Assembly (NCBI GenBank): GCA_963744535.1
Contig: CAVUTW010000001.1
Span: 238,999 to 302,998 of the forward strand
DNA: 64,000 bases
DNA from: an uncultured Solirubrobacterales bacterium
GTDB lineage: Bacteria; Actinomycetota; Thermoleophilia; Solirubrobacterales; Solirubrobacteraceae
Reading direction: 5' to 3'
Part shown: positions 38,266 to 47,605 of the stretch, piece by piece
Position numbering within the stretch: position 1 is the first letter of the stretch
Layout: every line of letters starts with the position of its first letter
Program-made: the position numbers and the translations under genes
Notes under the pieces: model-generated
The model's database searches: none
Seen by the model: the letters and a program-made list of their open reading frames with translations, nothing else
What the model was told of the DNA's origin: nothing

Positions 38266-38934
38266 CTACGCCGGCTCGTTGTCCAGCGAGCGCCACAGAT
38301 AACGGCAGGCGAGCGTGCGGTGTGGGCGCCAGGGCTCGGCGATCCGTTCGATCTCGGGAGCCTCGGGGAGCGTATCCAGCCCATAGGCGCGCTCGATCGC
38401 GCGGCGGATGCCGAGGTCGCCGACCGGCAGCACATCGGGGCGCTGGAGGTGGAACATCAGGAACATGTGCGCCGTCCACATGCCCAAGCCCTTGACTGCG
38501 ATGAGCTCGGCGATCACCGTGTCGTCGTCCAGATCGTCGAGGCGCTCGAGCTCGAGCTCGCCAGCGAGCACGTGCTCGGCCAGCGAGCGCAGATAGCCCA
38601 CCTTCGCTCGGGACAGGCCCGCCGCGGCGCGCAGCTCTTCGGGCTCGTCCGCGAGTACCTGCTCGGGCGTCGGAGTGCTGCCGTCGAAGCGCTCGGTCAG
38701 GCGCAGGTAGATCGAGCGCGCCGCCTTCGTCGAGAGCTGCTGGCCGACGATCGCCCGCACCAGCGCCCCGTAATGATCAGCAGGTCGCCCGGCGCGCGCG
38801 TCGCCCAGCTTTGGTCCCACCGCCTCGATGATCGCCGCCATCACCGGATCGGCGGCGCGTAGATGAGCCAGGGCCACCCTTTGTGAGGGACGGCGGCGTG
38901 CGGCGGGACGTTTTGCGGGGGCTGGTGGGGTCAC
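38266..38934 (-). CDS. DNA-3-methyladenine glycosylase II (AlkA/HhH-GPD)
   Basis: IVGQQLS, GLSRAK, VKGLGMWTA (HhH), PDVLPVGDLG, W.P.R. Start uncertain. Confidence 0.88.
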   Translation of the reverse strand: MTPPAPAKRPAARRRPSQRVALAHLRAADPVMAAIIEAVGPKLGDARAGRPADHYGALVRAIVGQQLSTKAARSIYLRLTERFDGSTPTPEQVLADEPEELRAAAGLSRAKVGYLRSLAEHVLAGELELERLDDLDDDTVIAELIAVKGLGMWTAHMFLMFHLQRPDVLPVGDLGIRRAIERAYGLDTLPEAPEIERIAEPWRPHRTLACRYLWRSLDNEPA

Positions 38935-38951
38935 GTTCTGGCGTGTCGGTC

Positions 38952-39656
38952 TCAGACGCTCGCCGCTGTCTCCAGCGCCACCGGCTCGCCGTCGAGCGCG
39001 TTCAGCGCGCGCGGTAGCGAGGCGGCGATGCAGGTGAAGCTCGGCGTGTCCCTGACGGTGTAGCGCGAGGCCTCGGTCGTGCGCAGGCGCTGCACGAGGT
39101 CGAGGAACGTGCCCACGTCCTCGGTGTCGAACGCGACCACGAACTCCTGGTCGTCGAGGCCGAACGAGTAGGTCGTGTGGTTGTCCACGCCCGGGTATTC
39201 CCGGCCCACCGCGATGTGTCCCTGCATGATCCGCCAGCGCTCCTGCGCGGGCAGGCCATACCACTCGCGCGACTTCACGAACGGGTACACGAACACGTAC
39301 TTGCCACGGAACGCGCGCGGGTTGGTGCGCTCGTCTTCGGAGTACTCCGAGCTCTTGCGCATCCCCAGGAACGAGTAGGGGGTGTGCGCCCACTTCATCA
39401 AGCCGCTCTGCAGCAGCACCACGTGGAACTCGTGGATGCGATCGAGGTTCTCCGCCTCGGAGATCAGCAGCAGCTCCGCGTCCCCGCGGGTGCCCACCAG
39501 CGAGAAGCTCTGCAGCAGGTGGCCGTCGGCGAAGTCCTCACACGCGGCCATGAACTCGCGCTTGTCCTGCGCGCGCTGCCCGGCGTCGAGGCGCCGCCAC
39601 GCCGGGTCGAGTTGCAGGAAGGTGTACTTGACGAAGTGGCGCTTACTCACGCTCAC
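38952..39656 (-). CDS. Chlorite dismutase family / coproheme decarboxylase (ChdC/HemQ-like)
   Basis: YPFVKSREWY.L, R..M.GH, SFGLDDQEFVVAF. Confidence 0.85.
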   Translation of the reverse strand: MSVSKRHFVKYTFLQLDPAWRRLDAGQRAQDKREFMAACEDFADGHLLQSFSLVGTRGDAELLLISEAENLDRIHEFHVVLLQSGLMKWAHTPYSFLGMRKSSEYSEDERTNPRAFRGKYVFVYPFVKSREWYGLPAQERWRIMQGHIAVGREYPGVDNHTTYSFGLDDQEFVVAFDTEDVGTFLDLVQRLRTTEASRYTVRDTPSFTCIAASLPRALNALDGEPVALETAASV

Positions 39657-39800
39657 AGGCTAGCGGCCCTCCGCCTGGACCTCGCGCGACGGCGGGGCGC
39701 CACGGCTCCGCGGACCGGCGGCTGGGGCGTGACGGCCGTTGCCCAAGTGGACGCGGCGACCGGGGGGAGATGCCGGTGCCGGAGGAGTTAGAGTGGGGGC

Positions 39801-42320
39801 GTGCGGATCGCACTCGTCTCGCCCTACTCGTGGACCTATCCGGGCGGCGTCACCCGCCACATCGAGGCTCTCGCCGACGAGCTGCAGACGGTCGGTCACG
39901 AGGCGCGCATCCTCGCGCCCTTCGACCCCGACGACGCGCTCGCACGCAGGATGCATCGGGGGGCCCGTCCGCAGCCGATGCCACTGCCCGACAGGGTCGT
40001 GCCGCTCGGGCGCACCGCGGGCTTCCCGGCCAACGGTGCCATCTCCAACCTGGCGCCCACCGTCGACTCCGTGCTCGCTCTGTGGCGGGAGCTGCAGACC
40101 GGGGGCTACGATCTCGTCCACGTCCACGAGCCCGTCGTGCCCCTCGTCGGCTGGTATGCCCCCAACTGCGCGGGGGGCATCCCAATGGTGGGCACTTTCC
40201 ACAGCTTCTCTGAGAATGCCTTCACCAACGGGATCGGGGTGGCGCTCGGGGCGCGCCGGCACATCAACCGCCTGCACGCGCGGATCGCGGTCTCCGAGGC
40301 GGCTGCTTGGACCGCGCGGCGCTTCTTCGGTGGGCGCTACCGGATCGTGCCCAACGGGGTGCAGCTCGACCCGGCCGGCCTCGGTCGCCCGGCGGAGCCC
40401 GATCTGCGCCTTCTGGCCGCTGGTGGGGGCCGGGGTGCGAATGCCGATGTAGCCGATTGGATACAGGCTGGAGGGGATCGCAATGTCCAGCCGGCGCCGC
40501 TGCGCATCCTGTTCATCGGCCAGGCCGTCGAGCGCAAGGGACTGCCGGTGCTGCTGCGCGCCTTCGAGGCGCTGCGCGAGCACGTGCCCGCCACGCTCAC
40601 GCTGGTGGGGGCGGCTCCGGAGGAGATCGCCCCGCTGCTGCTCGACGACCGCGGGGTGTGCGCATTAGGGAAGGTCACCGACGATGAGAAGGCCGAGCAG
40701 CTGCGCCGCGCCGACGTGCTCTGCGCGCCCTCACTGGGGGGCGAGAGCTTCGGGATGGTGCTCACCGAGGCGTTCGCCGCCGGCACGCCGGTGGTGGCAT
40801 CGGATATCGCCGGCTACCGCGACGTCGTGCGCGACGGCGTCGATGGTCTGCTCACCCCGCGCGGGGACGCGCGGGAGCTTGCGCAGGCGCTGCGCGTTCT
40901 GGCGCTCGACCCAGCTCGCCGCGCGGGGATGGCGGCCGCCGCCCGCGAGCGCGCGGAGCGCTTCGCTTGGCCCCGCGTTGCCGCCGAGGTGCTCGAGGTC
41001 TACGAGCAGGCGCTCGCTGTGGTGGGGCGGGAGCTCGCCTACCCCGGACGGGCTGTGAGCAAGTCGGGGCAGCCCGTGGCTCTGAGCGAATCGGGACGGT
41101 CGGTGGCCGTGAGCGAATCGGGGCGGCCCGCGGCTGTGAGCAGATCGAGGCGGCTCGCTGTGCGCATGGGCCTCGCCCCCGCCGATCTCCTACCTCGGGT
41201 GCCCGCCCAGCGTCTCCCCAGCCCCGAGCCGGCGCTCGCGGTTGCGCCGGTGCGGCGTGCCCTGCGCGTCGCCCGTCGCGGTGCGCTTGCCGCGGTGTCG
41301 CTCGTGGGTCTGGCGTTGGCGCTGACCGCGCTTTCGCGGATCGGCGTTGGCCGCGTGTTTGCCAGTCTGGTCGCCTCCAGCCCAGGTCTGATCGCCGCCG
41401 GACTCGGCCTGATGTGCCTCTCGATGGTCGTCCGCGGTTTGGCCTGGTACGCGATCCTCCGCGCGGCCCCCACCTGGCGTCCGGCGCGGCGGCGCGATGC
41501 GCTGCAGGGGACGTTCATCGGCGTGCTGATGTCCGCCACCCTCCCCGCCCGCCTGGGGGAGCCCTCGCGCGCGCTGATCGTCGCGCGCCGCCTCGGGCGC
41601 CCGCGCGAGACGCTGCCGGTGGTGCTCGGCACGATGGTCTCGCAGACGCTGCTCAACCTGCTTGCGCTGGTGCTGCTCGCGGCGGCGATGCTCTCCGGCG
41701 TGCCGCTCCTGCACGGCCACGATGGGGCGCTGGCCGCCGCCGCGCTGGTGCCCGTGGCGGCACTGCTGCTCGTGCTGCTCACCCCCGTGCTGCTGCCCCG
41801 CTCCGCGATCTCGCGCTACGCGCGGCTCCACTCGCTGGTGCTGGGGCTGCACCGCTCGCTGCTGCGTGTACGCGAGGGCCTGCGCATCTTCCGCCAGCCG
41901 CGCCGTGCGGCGGTGGCCACGATGGTGCAGCTCTCGGCGTGGGGGCTGCAGTGCGCCTCCTGCTGGCTGTTGCTGATGGCGCTCGGCCTCGACCACCGCG
42001 TTGGGATCGCCGGTGCAGCGGGCGTGCTGTTCGCGGTCAACGTCACCGCCGTGGTGCCTGCCACGCCCGCCAACGTGGGCATCTTCCAGGCTGCCTGTGT
42101 CGCCGTGCTCGCCGGCGCCTACCACGTCTCCACCCCCGACGCGGTCGCCTACGGGATCGTGTTGCAGGCTGTCGAGGTGGCCGCCGCGGTGATCATGGGC
42201 ATGCCCGCCCTCGTCAAGGAGGGCCTCTCCTGGAAGGAGGTCCGCCTGCGCACGCTGCACGCCACGCCGGTGCGCCTGCCGCCGCTGCCCGAAGGCGCCC
42301 GCGCCACTTCGCGAGTGTAG
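39801..42320 (+). CDS. Fusion of a PimA-like GT4 glycosyltransferase and an LPG-synthase-TM/YbhN flippase-like membrane domain
   Basis: MRIALVSPYS...GGV..H, HVHEP, RKG, ESFGMVLTE (EX7E); C-terminal multi-TM domain with LPARLGE..R and P.TPANVG. Confidence 0.85.
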   Translation: MRIALVSPYSWTYPGGVTRHIEALADELQTVGHEARILAPFDPDDALARRMHRGARPQPMPLPDRVVPLGRTAGFPANGAISNLAPTVDSVLALWRELQTGGYDLVHVHEPVVPLVGWYAPNCAGGIPMVGTFHSFSENAFTNGIGVALGARRHINRLHARIAVSEAAAWTARRFFGGRYRIVPNGVQLDPAGLGRPAEPDLRLLAAGGGRGANADVADWIQAGGDRNVQPAPLRILFIGQAVERKGLPVLLRAFEALREHVPATLTLVGAAPEEIAPLLLDDRGVCALGKVTDDEKAEQLRRADVLCAPSLGGESFGMVLTEAFAAGTPVVASDIAGYRDVVRDGVDGLLTPRGDARELAQALRVLALDPARRAGMAAAARERAERFAWPRVAAEVLEVYEQALAVVGRELAYPGRAVSKSGQPVALSESGRSVAVSESGRPAAVSRSRRLAVRMGLAPADLLPRVPAQRLPSPEPALAVAPVRRALRVARRGALAAVSLVGLALALTALSRIGVGRVFASLVASSPGLIAAGLGLMCLSMVVRGLAWYAILRAAPTWRPARRRDALQGTFIGVLMSATLPARLGEPSRALIVARRLGRPRETLPVVLGTMVSQTLLNLLALVLLAAAMLSGVPLLHGHDGALAAAALVPVAALLLVLLTPVLLPRSAISRYARLHSLVLGLHRSLLRVREGLRIFRQPRRAAVATMVQLSAWGLQCASCWLLLMALGLDHRVGIAGAAGVLFAVNVTAVVPATPANVGIFQAACVAVLAGAYHVSTPDAVAYGIVLQAVEVAAAVIMGMPALVKEGLSWKEVRLRTLHATPVRLPPLPEGARATSRV

Positions 42321-42336
42321 TTGCGTCCACGGCCCT

Positions 42337-45300
42337 CTAAGCCATCGCTGGCTGGTCCTCTTCCTCTACGGCCCCGTCCGGCGGGTCCTCGTCGCGGAGC
42401 TCGCCGAACAGCGAGGGGTCGCTGTTGGAGCCCTTGATCAGGGCGTCGGGGGAGCCGTTCGGTAGGAGGCGACCTTGCCGGGTGCCGAAGTAGATCGCCT
42501 GCGGGTGGTGGGCGACGAGCGCGAGCGTCGATTGCTCTGGCTCGGGGGCATACCCGTCGGTGATCTTCATTCCGATGTCGCCGAGTCCCAGCAGCTTCTC
42601 GACCTTCAGATGCTCTGACTGCTCGGGCACCGCCGGGTAGCCCCAGGAGTAGCGCCGGCCCTGGGCGGCGGGGATGCCGAGCATCGTGCGGGCTTCGTGG
42701 TGCAGCCACTCGGCGAGCCCCTCCGCGGTCTGCACGCCGAGGCCGTGCACGAACAGCTGCTCGGCGAACTCGCCTTCGGCCTCGAGCTTGGCCATCAGTT
42801 CGGTGACCTCCGAGCCGACGGTGACGGCCTGCACGGCGATCACGTCCAGCTCCTCGGGTGGCCGGCCGTCGACGGCCGGGCGGAAGAAGTCGGCGAGGCA
42901 GAGGCGGTCGCCCTTCGGCTGGCGCGGGCAGACGAAGCGCGTCAGCTCTGTCGAAGGAGCCCGCCCACCGGCTGGATCGGCGCCGCCGGCGGGGTCCATG
43001 ACGGCGGGGTCGAGCACGACGATGTCGTTGCCCGCGCTGTAGCAGGGGAAGAAGCCCAGCAGCGCGCGGGGGTGGAGGTAGGTCTGCTCGCGCCACATCC
43101 GCTGCAGGCGCGGCTGGAAGTCATCGCGCAGCAGCGTCTGCCACGCCTCGCCTTTGACGCCCCGCCCGCCCCAGTGCAGCTTGAACAGCACATGCGTGTC
43201 GAGGTGGCGGTAGACCTCGTCGAGATCTACGGGGATCTCTTTGACGCCCCAGTAGGGCGGCGTGGGGATCGGCGCGTCGGTGCGCGCGGCGGAGCGCACG
43301 GAGTCGTCGGCGAAGTTCAGCTTCTCCTCGGGGGCATCGCCCTTGGCGCGGAACTCGGTGGCGCCGGCGAGCAGCTTCTGCACGAGCGCCCCGCGCGTAT
43401 CCTCGTCGATCAGCTGGTCCATCACCGCCAGGCCCTCGAACGCGTCCTTGCAGTAGAAGACGCCTGGCTGGTAGACGACGTCCGAGTCTTTGCCGCCGGG
43501 ATACAGGGCGCGGTAGCCGAACGCGCGGTTGATCGCGGCGCCGCCGATCAGCACCGGATAGGCGAGGCCCTTGGCGTGCAGCTCCTGGATGCAGGCGGGC
43601 ATCTGCTTGGAGGTGGAGACGAGCAGCGCGCTCAGGCCGATCGCCGTGGCGTCGTGCTCCTGGGCGGCGTCGAGGATCGTCTGGATCGGCACCTGCTTGC
43701 CGAGGTCCACCACGGTGTAGCCGTTGTTGGTGAGGATCGTGTTGACCAGCGACTTGCCGATGTCGTGCACGTCGCCGAACACCGTGGCGAGCACGACGGT
43801 GCCCTTGGTGTAGCCCTCGATCTTGTCGAGGTATTTCTCCAGCTGCGCCACCGCGCGCTTCATCACCTCGGCCGACTGCAACACAAATGGTAGGATCAAT
43901 TCGCCGGCGCCGAACTTGTCGCCAACCTCTTTCATCGCTGGCAGCAGCACCTCGTTGAGTGTCGGCACCGCGCCGATCTTCTCGACGCTCCTGTCGATCC
44001 ACGCCTCGACGCCGTCCCGGCGACGGCGCAGGATGTGAAAGTGCAGCGCCTGCTCTGGCTCCATCCCCTCGGTCGGGTCTGCAGATCCGGCCCCACCCGC
44101 CGCGTCCTGCGGGCCCTTGGACTCGAAGTGCTCGATGAACTTCTCGAGCGCATCCTCGCGGCGATTGAACACGAGGTCGTCAGCCAGCTCCCGCTCGACG
44201 TCGGGGATCTCCGTGTAGGGGGTGATGTGGTTGGGGTTGACCATCGCCAGGTCGAGCCCCGCCTGCACGCAGTGGTGCAGGAACACCGAGTTGAGCACCG
44301 CGCGCGCACCGGGGGACACGCCGAAGGAGACGTTGGAGACGCCGAGCGAGGTCTTCACATCCGGGATCTGCTCCTTGATCGCTTTGATTCCCGCGATCGT
44401 CTCCACGGCGGAGGGGCGCCACTCCTCATCGCCGGTCGTCAGCGTGAACGTCAGGCAGTCGAAGATCAGCAGTTGTGGGTCGAGGCTGTGCTCCTCGCAG
44501 CAGAGGTCGCGGATGCGCTTGGCGATCTCGACCTTGCGCTCTGCGGTCTTCGCCATCCCCACCTCGTCGATCGTCAGCGCGATCAGCGCCGCGCCGTGGG
44601 CGAGCGCCACGGGCACGACGCGGTCGAGCTTGGCGCGTCCGGCCTCGAGGTTGACCGAGTTGACGATTGCCCGCCCGGGGATCTGCTCCAGGGCGCGTTC
44701 GATCACCTCCGGCTCGGTCGAGTCGACCTGGATCGGCGCGGGCTGCGTCAGCGACACCTTCTTCGCCACCAGGCGCATCTGTTCGTCCTCGTCGGTGCGC
44801 TCGGTCAGCGCCACACACAGGTCGAGCACGTGTGCGCCGCCGGTCACCTGGTCCTCGGCGATTTGCGCCAGCCCGTCGTAGTCCTCGGCCAGCAGCAGCT
44901 CCTTAGCCTTGCGCGAGCCCTGCGAGTTGACGCGCTCGCCCACCATTGTCGGCGCCGGCTCCTGCTGCAGCGGGGTGGCGGCGATCATCGAGGAGAGATG
45001 GGGGGGGCGGGGGGCCGGTCGCGGCGCGACCGGCCGTTTCGCGACGCGTTCGGCGATCGCGGCGATGTGCGCGGGGGTGGTGCCGCAACAGCCGCCCACG
45101 ATCCCCACGCCGTAGCGCTCGACGAACTCCTTCAGCGCCTCCGCCAGCGGCTCGGGCTTCTCGGGGAAGATCGTCTCGCCGTCGGGGCCCTGCAGCGGCA
45201 GGCCGGCGTTGGGGATGCACGCCACCGGGACCGGGCAGTACTCGCCGAGGAAGCGGATCGCGTCGCGCATGTCCTCCGGCCCGGTCGAGCAGTTGAGGCC

Positions 45301-45957
45301 GATCACGTCCACCTTCAATGCCTCCAGCGTGCACAGCACCGCGGAGATGTCGGTGCCGAGCAGCATCTTGCCGCCGTTGGGCAGCAGCGACACCGAGGTG
45401 TGGATCGGCAGCGTGCGCCCGGTGCTCCCGAACGCCTCGCGCGCCCCGAACACGGCGGCCTTCACCTCGAGGATGTCCTGGGCGGTCTCGATGATGATCA
45501 GGTCGGCGCCGCCGTCGATCAGGCCCGCCGCCTGCTCGGCGAACACCTCGACCAGCTCGCCGAAGCGGATCTGCCCGAGCGAGGGGTCCTCGGAGGCGGG
45601 CAGGTAGCCGGTGGGGCCGATCGAGCCGGCGACGAAGCGGTGCTCGCCGGCGGCCCTGCGGGCGATTTCCGCGGCCTTGGTGTTGATCTCGACGGTGTAG
45701 TCGGCCAGGCCCCACTCGCCGAGCTTCAGCCGCGAGGCCTGGAAGGTGTCGGTCTCGACCACCTCGGCGCCGGCTTCGAGCATCGAGGCGTGGACGCCCT
45801 CGATCACGTCGGGGCGGTTGAGCACAAGCGCCTCGTGGCACTTGCCCTGCAGCCCGCCGTAATCCTCGGGGGTGAGGTCGAACTGCTCCAGGGTCGCGCC
45901 CATGCCGCCGTCGTAGATGACGACGCGGCTGTGGATGGCCTGTCGGAAATCGCGCAT
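42337..45957 (-). CDS. metH: Cobalamin-dependent methionine synthase
   Basis: DGGMG, GLNCS, GGCCGT, GERVN, GDVHDIGK (B12 motif), SALL, RYSWGYPA.P. Confidence 0.95.
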   Translation of the reverse strand: MRDFRQAIHSRVVIYDGGMGATLEQFDLTPEDYGGLQGKCHEALVLNRPDVIEGVHASMLEAGAEVVETDTFQASRLKLGEWGLADYTVEINTKAAEIARRAAGEHRFVAGSIGPTGYLPASEDPSLGQIRFGELVEVFAEQAAGLIDGGADLIIIETAQDILEVKAAVFGAREAFGSTGRTLPIHTSVSLLPNGGKMLLGTDISAVLCTLEALKVDVIGLNCSTGPEDMRDAIRFLGEYCPVPVACIPNAGLPLQGPDGETIFPEKPEPLAEALKEFVERYGVGIVGGCCGTTPAHIAAIAERVAKRPVAPRPAPRPPHLSSMIAATPLQQEPAPTMVGERVNSQGSRKAKELLLAEDYDGLAQIAEDQVTGGAHVLDLCVALTERTDEDEQMRLVAKKVSLTQPAPIQVDSTEPEVIERALEQIPGRAIVNSVNLEAGRAKLDRVVPVALAHGAALIALTIDEVGMAKTAERKVEIAKRIRDLCCEEHSLDPQLLIFDCLTFTLTTGDEEWRPSAVETIAGIKAIKEQIPDVKTSLGVSNVSFGVSPGARAVLNSVFLHHCVQAGLDLAMVNPNHITPYTEIPDVERELADDLVFNRREDALEKFIEHFESKGPQDAAGGAGSADPTEGMEPEQALHFHILRRRRDGVEAWIDRSVEKIGAVPTLNEVLLPAMKEVGDKFGAGELILPFVLQSAEVMKRAVAQLEKYLDKIEGYTKGTVVLATVFGDVHDIGKSLVNTILTNNGYTVVDLGKQVPIQTILDAAQEHDATAIGLSALLVSTSKQMPACIQELHAKGLAYPVLIGGAAINRAFGYRALYPGGKDSDVVYQPGVFYCKDAFEGLAVMDQLIDEDTRGALVQKLLAGATEFRAKGDAPEEKLNFADDSVRSAARTDAPIPTPPYWGVKEIPVDLDEVYRHLDTHVLFKLHWGGRGVKGEAWQTLLRDDFQPRLQRMWREQTYLHPRALLGFFPCYSAGNDIVVLDPAVMDPAGGADPAGGRAPSTELTRFVCPRQPKGDRLCLADFFRPAVDGRPPEELDVIAVQAVTVGSEVTELMAKLEAEGEFAEQLFVHGLGVQTAEGLAEWLHHEARTMLGIPAAQGRRYSWGYPAVPEQSEHLKVEKLLGLGDIGMKITDGYAPEPEQSTLALVAHHPQAIYFGTRQGRLLPNGSPDALIKGSNSDPSLFGELRDEDPPDGAVEEEDQPAMA

Positions 45958-46245
45958 CACAAGGATGCTACTAGCGGTCTTGTGTGGGGCTCTGGTGCCG
46001 TCTCCGACCGTTCTCGCGACAACCGAACGGCGGTTCACAACTATTCACACGCCTGCACGGCCCACCCGACGCCAACTGCCCGCTTGGGACGCGCCCGTCG
46101 TCCGTTTGGAACGACAAGTCGGTCTCACTCTTTGGGACGCCTTTCCATCAATCGTCCAAGCGCCGTGAAACTCGGGTTGCGAGCGGCCATTCTGCACGGC
46201 CACTGCCGGTCCACCCCGCCCCTCTACAGCCAGGAGAGGACCTCC

Positions 46246-47601
46246 ATGCCACAGCCAACCGCCTCCATCCCAGAGCCAGTCGTCGTGCACGCTTCCTCCC
46301 AGGCTACCCGCCGGCGCACAACTCCAAACCGTTCCAAGCGCGCTGGGCACACCGTCGTGGCCGTGGTGGGGCTTGGCTACGTGGGGTTGCCGACCGCGAT
46401 CGCGCTACGGGGCGCCGGCTGCCGGATCGTCGGGATTGACGTGAGCGGCCCCCGTTTGAGCGCGATCCGCAACGGGGAGGCCGAGCTGCTGGAGTCCGAA
46501 CAGCGTGACCTGGCTCGGCATCTGGCGAGCGATGGGTTTGTGCTCACCAACCGCATCAAGGCGCTCGATGCTGCCGACCTCGTGCTGATCTGCGTGCCCA
46601 CGCCCGTCGACGAGCAGCTGCGGCCCGACCCGCGGATCCTGCGCCAGGCGTGCGCCTCGGTCGTGCGTCACGCCCGCCCCGGGCAGACGCTGGTGCTGAC
46701 CTCGACCACCTACGTGGGCACCACCCGCGAGCTGCTCGCCGACCCGCTCGCCGAGCGCGGGCTGCGCGTCGGCGAGGACGTGTTCGTGGCGTTCGCCCCC
46801 GAGCGGATCGACCCCGGCGTGAGCGACCACGAGCAGCTGAAGACCCCCCGCGTGCTGGGTGGCGTCACGGAGGAGTGCACCACGCGCGCGGCGAGCGTGC
46901 TGCGCCATACCTGCAAGCGCCTGCACCGCGTCTCCTCGCCCGAGGCCGCCGAGCTGGTGAAGCTGCACGAGAACACCTTCCGCGCCGTCAACATCGCGCT
47001 CGCCTTCGAGCTTGCCGAAGCATGCGAGACGCACGGGCTCGATCCGATCGAGGTGATCGAGGGCGCCGCCACCAAGCCCTACGGCTTTCTGGCGCACTAC
47101 CCCTCCGCCGGGGTGGGGGGGCACTGCATTGCGGTCGATCCCCACTACCTGCTGCACGACCTGCGCGAGCGCGGGCGCCCCGCGAAGATGGCGGAGGAGG
47201 CGCTGCGCAAGCTGGCCGGGCGTCCCCGTCATGTGGCGTGGCGCGCCCACGAAGTGCTGGTCGGGCTGGGCCGCCCTCTGCCCGATGCCCGCGTGCTGGT
47301 CGTCGGCATCTCCTACAAGCCCGGCGTTGCCGACACGCGCGAGTCGCCGGCCCTGGAGATCGTCGCCCGTCTACGCGCGGAGGGCGCCCACGTCGCCTAC
47401 CACGACCCGCTGGTGCCGACGCTCGAGGTTGACGGTGGGCGCCTGCACGGAGTCGAGTCCCCGGAGCCCGAGGAGTACGACCTCGCGATCCTCACCACGC
47501 TGCACCCCGACCACGACTACGAGTGGTTGGGGCAGTGCCCCGCGGTGCTCGACTGCACCTACCGCCGTCGCGACGCCGGCCTGATGCGCTTCACCCCCTG
47601 A
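46246..47601 (+). CDS. Nucleotide-sugar 6-dehydrogenase (UDP-HexNAc dehydrogenase, WbpA/WecC-like)
   Basis: GLGYVGLP, ICVPTP, PERIDPG, ENTFRAVNIA, GVGGHCI, YKPGVADTRESP; RBS AGGAGAGG. Confidence 0.9.
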   Translation: MPQPTASIPEPVVVHASSQATRRRTTPNRSKRAGHTVVAVVGLGYVGLPTAIALRGAGCRIVGIDVSGPRLSAIRNGEAELLESEQRDLARHLASDGFVLTNRIKALDAADLVLICVPTPVDEQLRPDPRILRQACASVVRHARPGQTLVLTSTTYVGTTRELLADPLAERGLRVGEDVFVAFAPERIDPGVSDHEQLKTPRVLGGVTEECTTRAASVLRHTCKRLHRVSSPEAAELVKLHENTFRAVNIALAFELAEACETHGLDPIEVIEGAATKPYGFLAHYPSAGVGGHCIAVDPHYLLHDLRERGRPAKMAEEALRKLAGRPRHVAWRAHEVLVGLGRPLPDARVLVVGISYKPGVADTRESPALEIVARLRAEGAHVAYHDPLVPTLEVDGGRLHGVESPEPEEYDLAILTTLHPDHDYEWLGQCPAVLDCTYRRRDAGLMRFTP

Positions 47602-47605
47602 GCTG

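Noticed and set aside
45960-46245. Cobalamin or SAM riboswitch upstream of metH
   Set aside because: I could not find B12-box or SAM-I/IV consensus motifs by eye; an Infernal search would be needed.
44035-46245. 1188-aa plus-strand ORF as a long dehydrogenase fusion
   Set aside because: The first ~740 codons are the antisense shadow of metH; the real gene starts at 46246 after an RBS.
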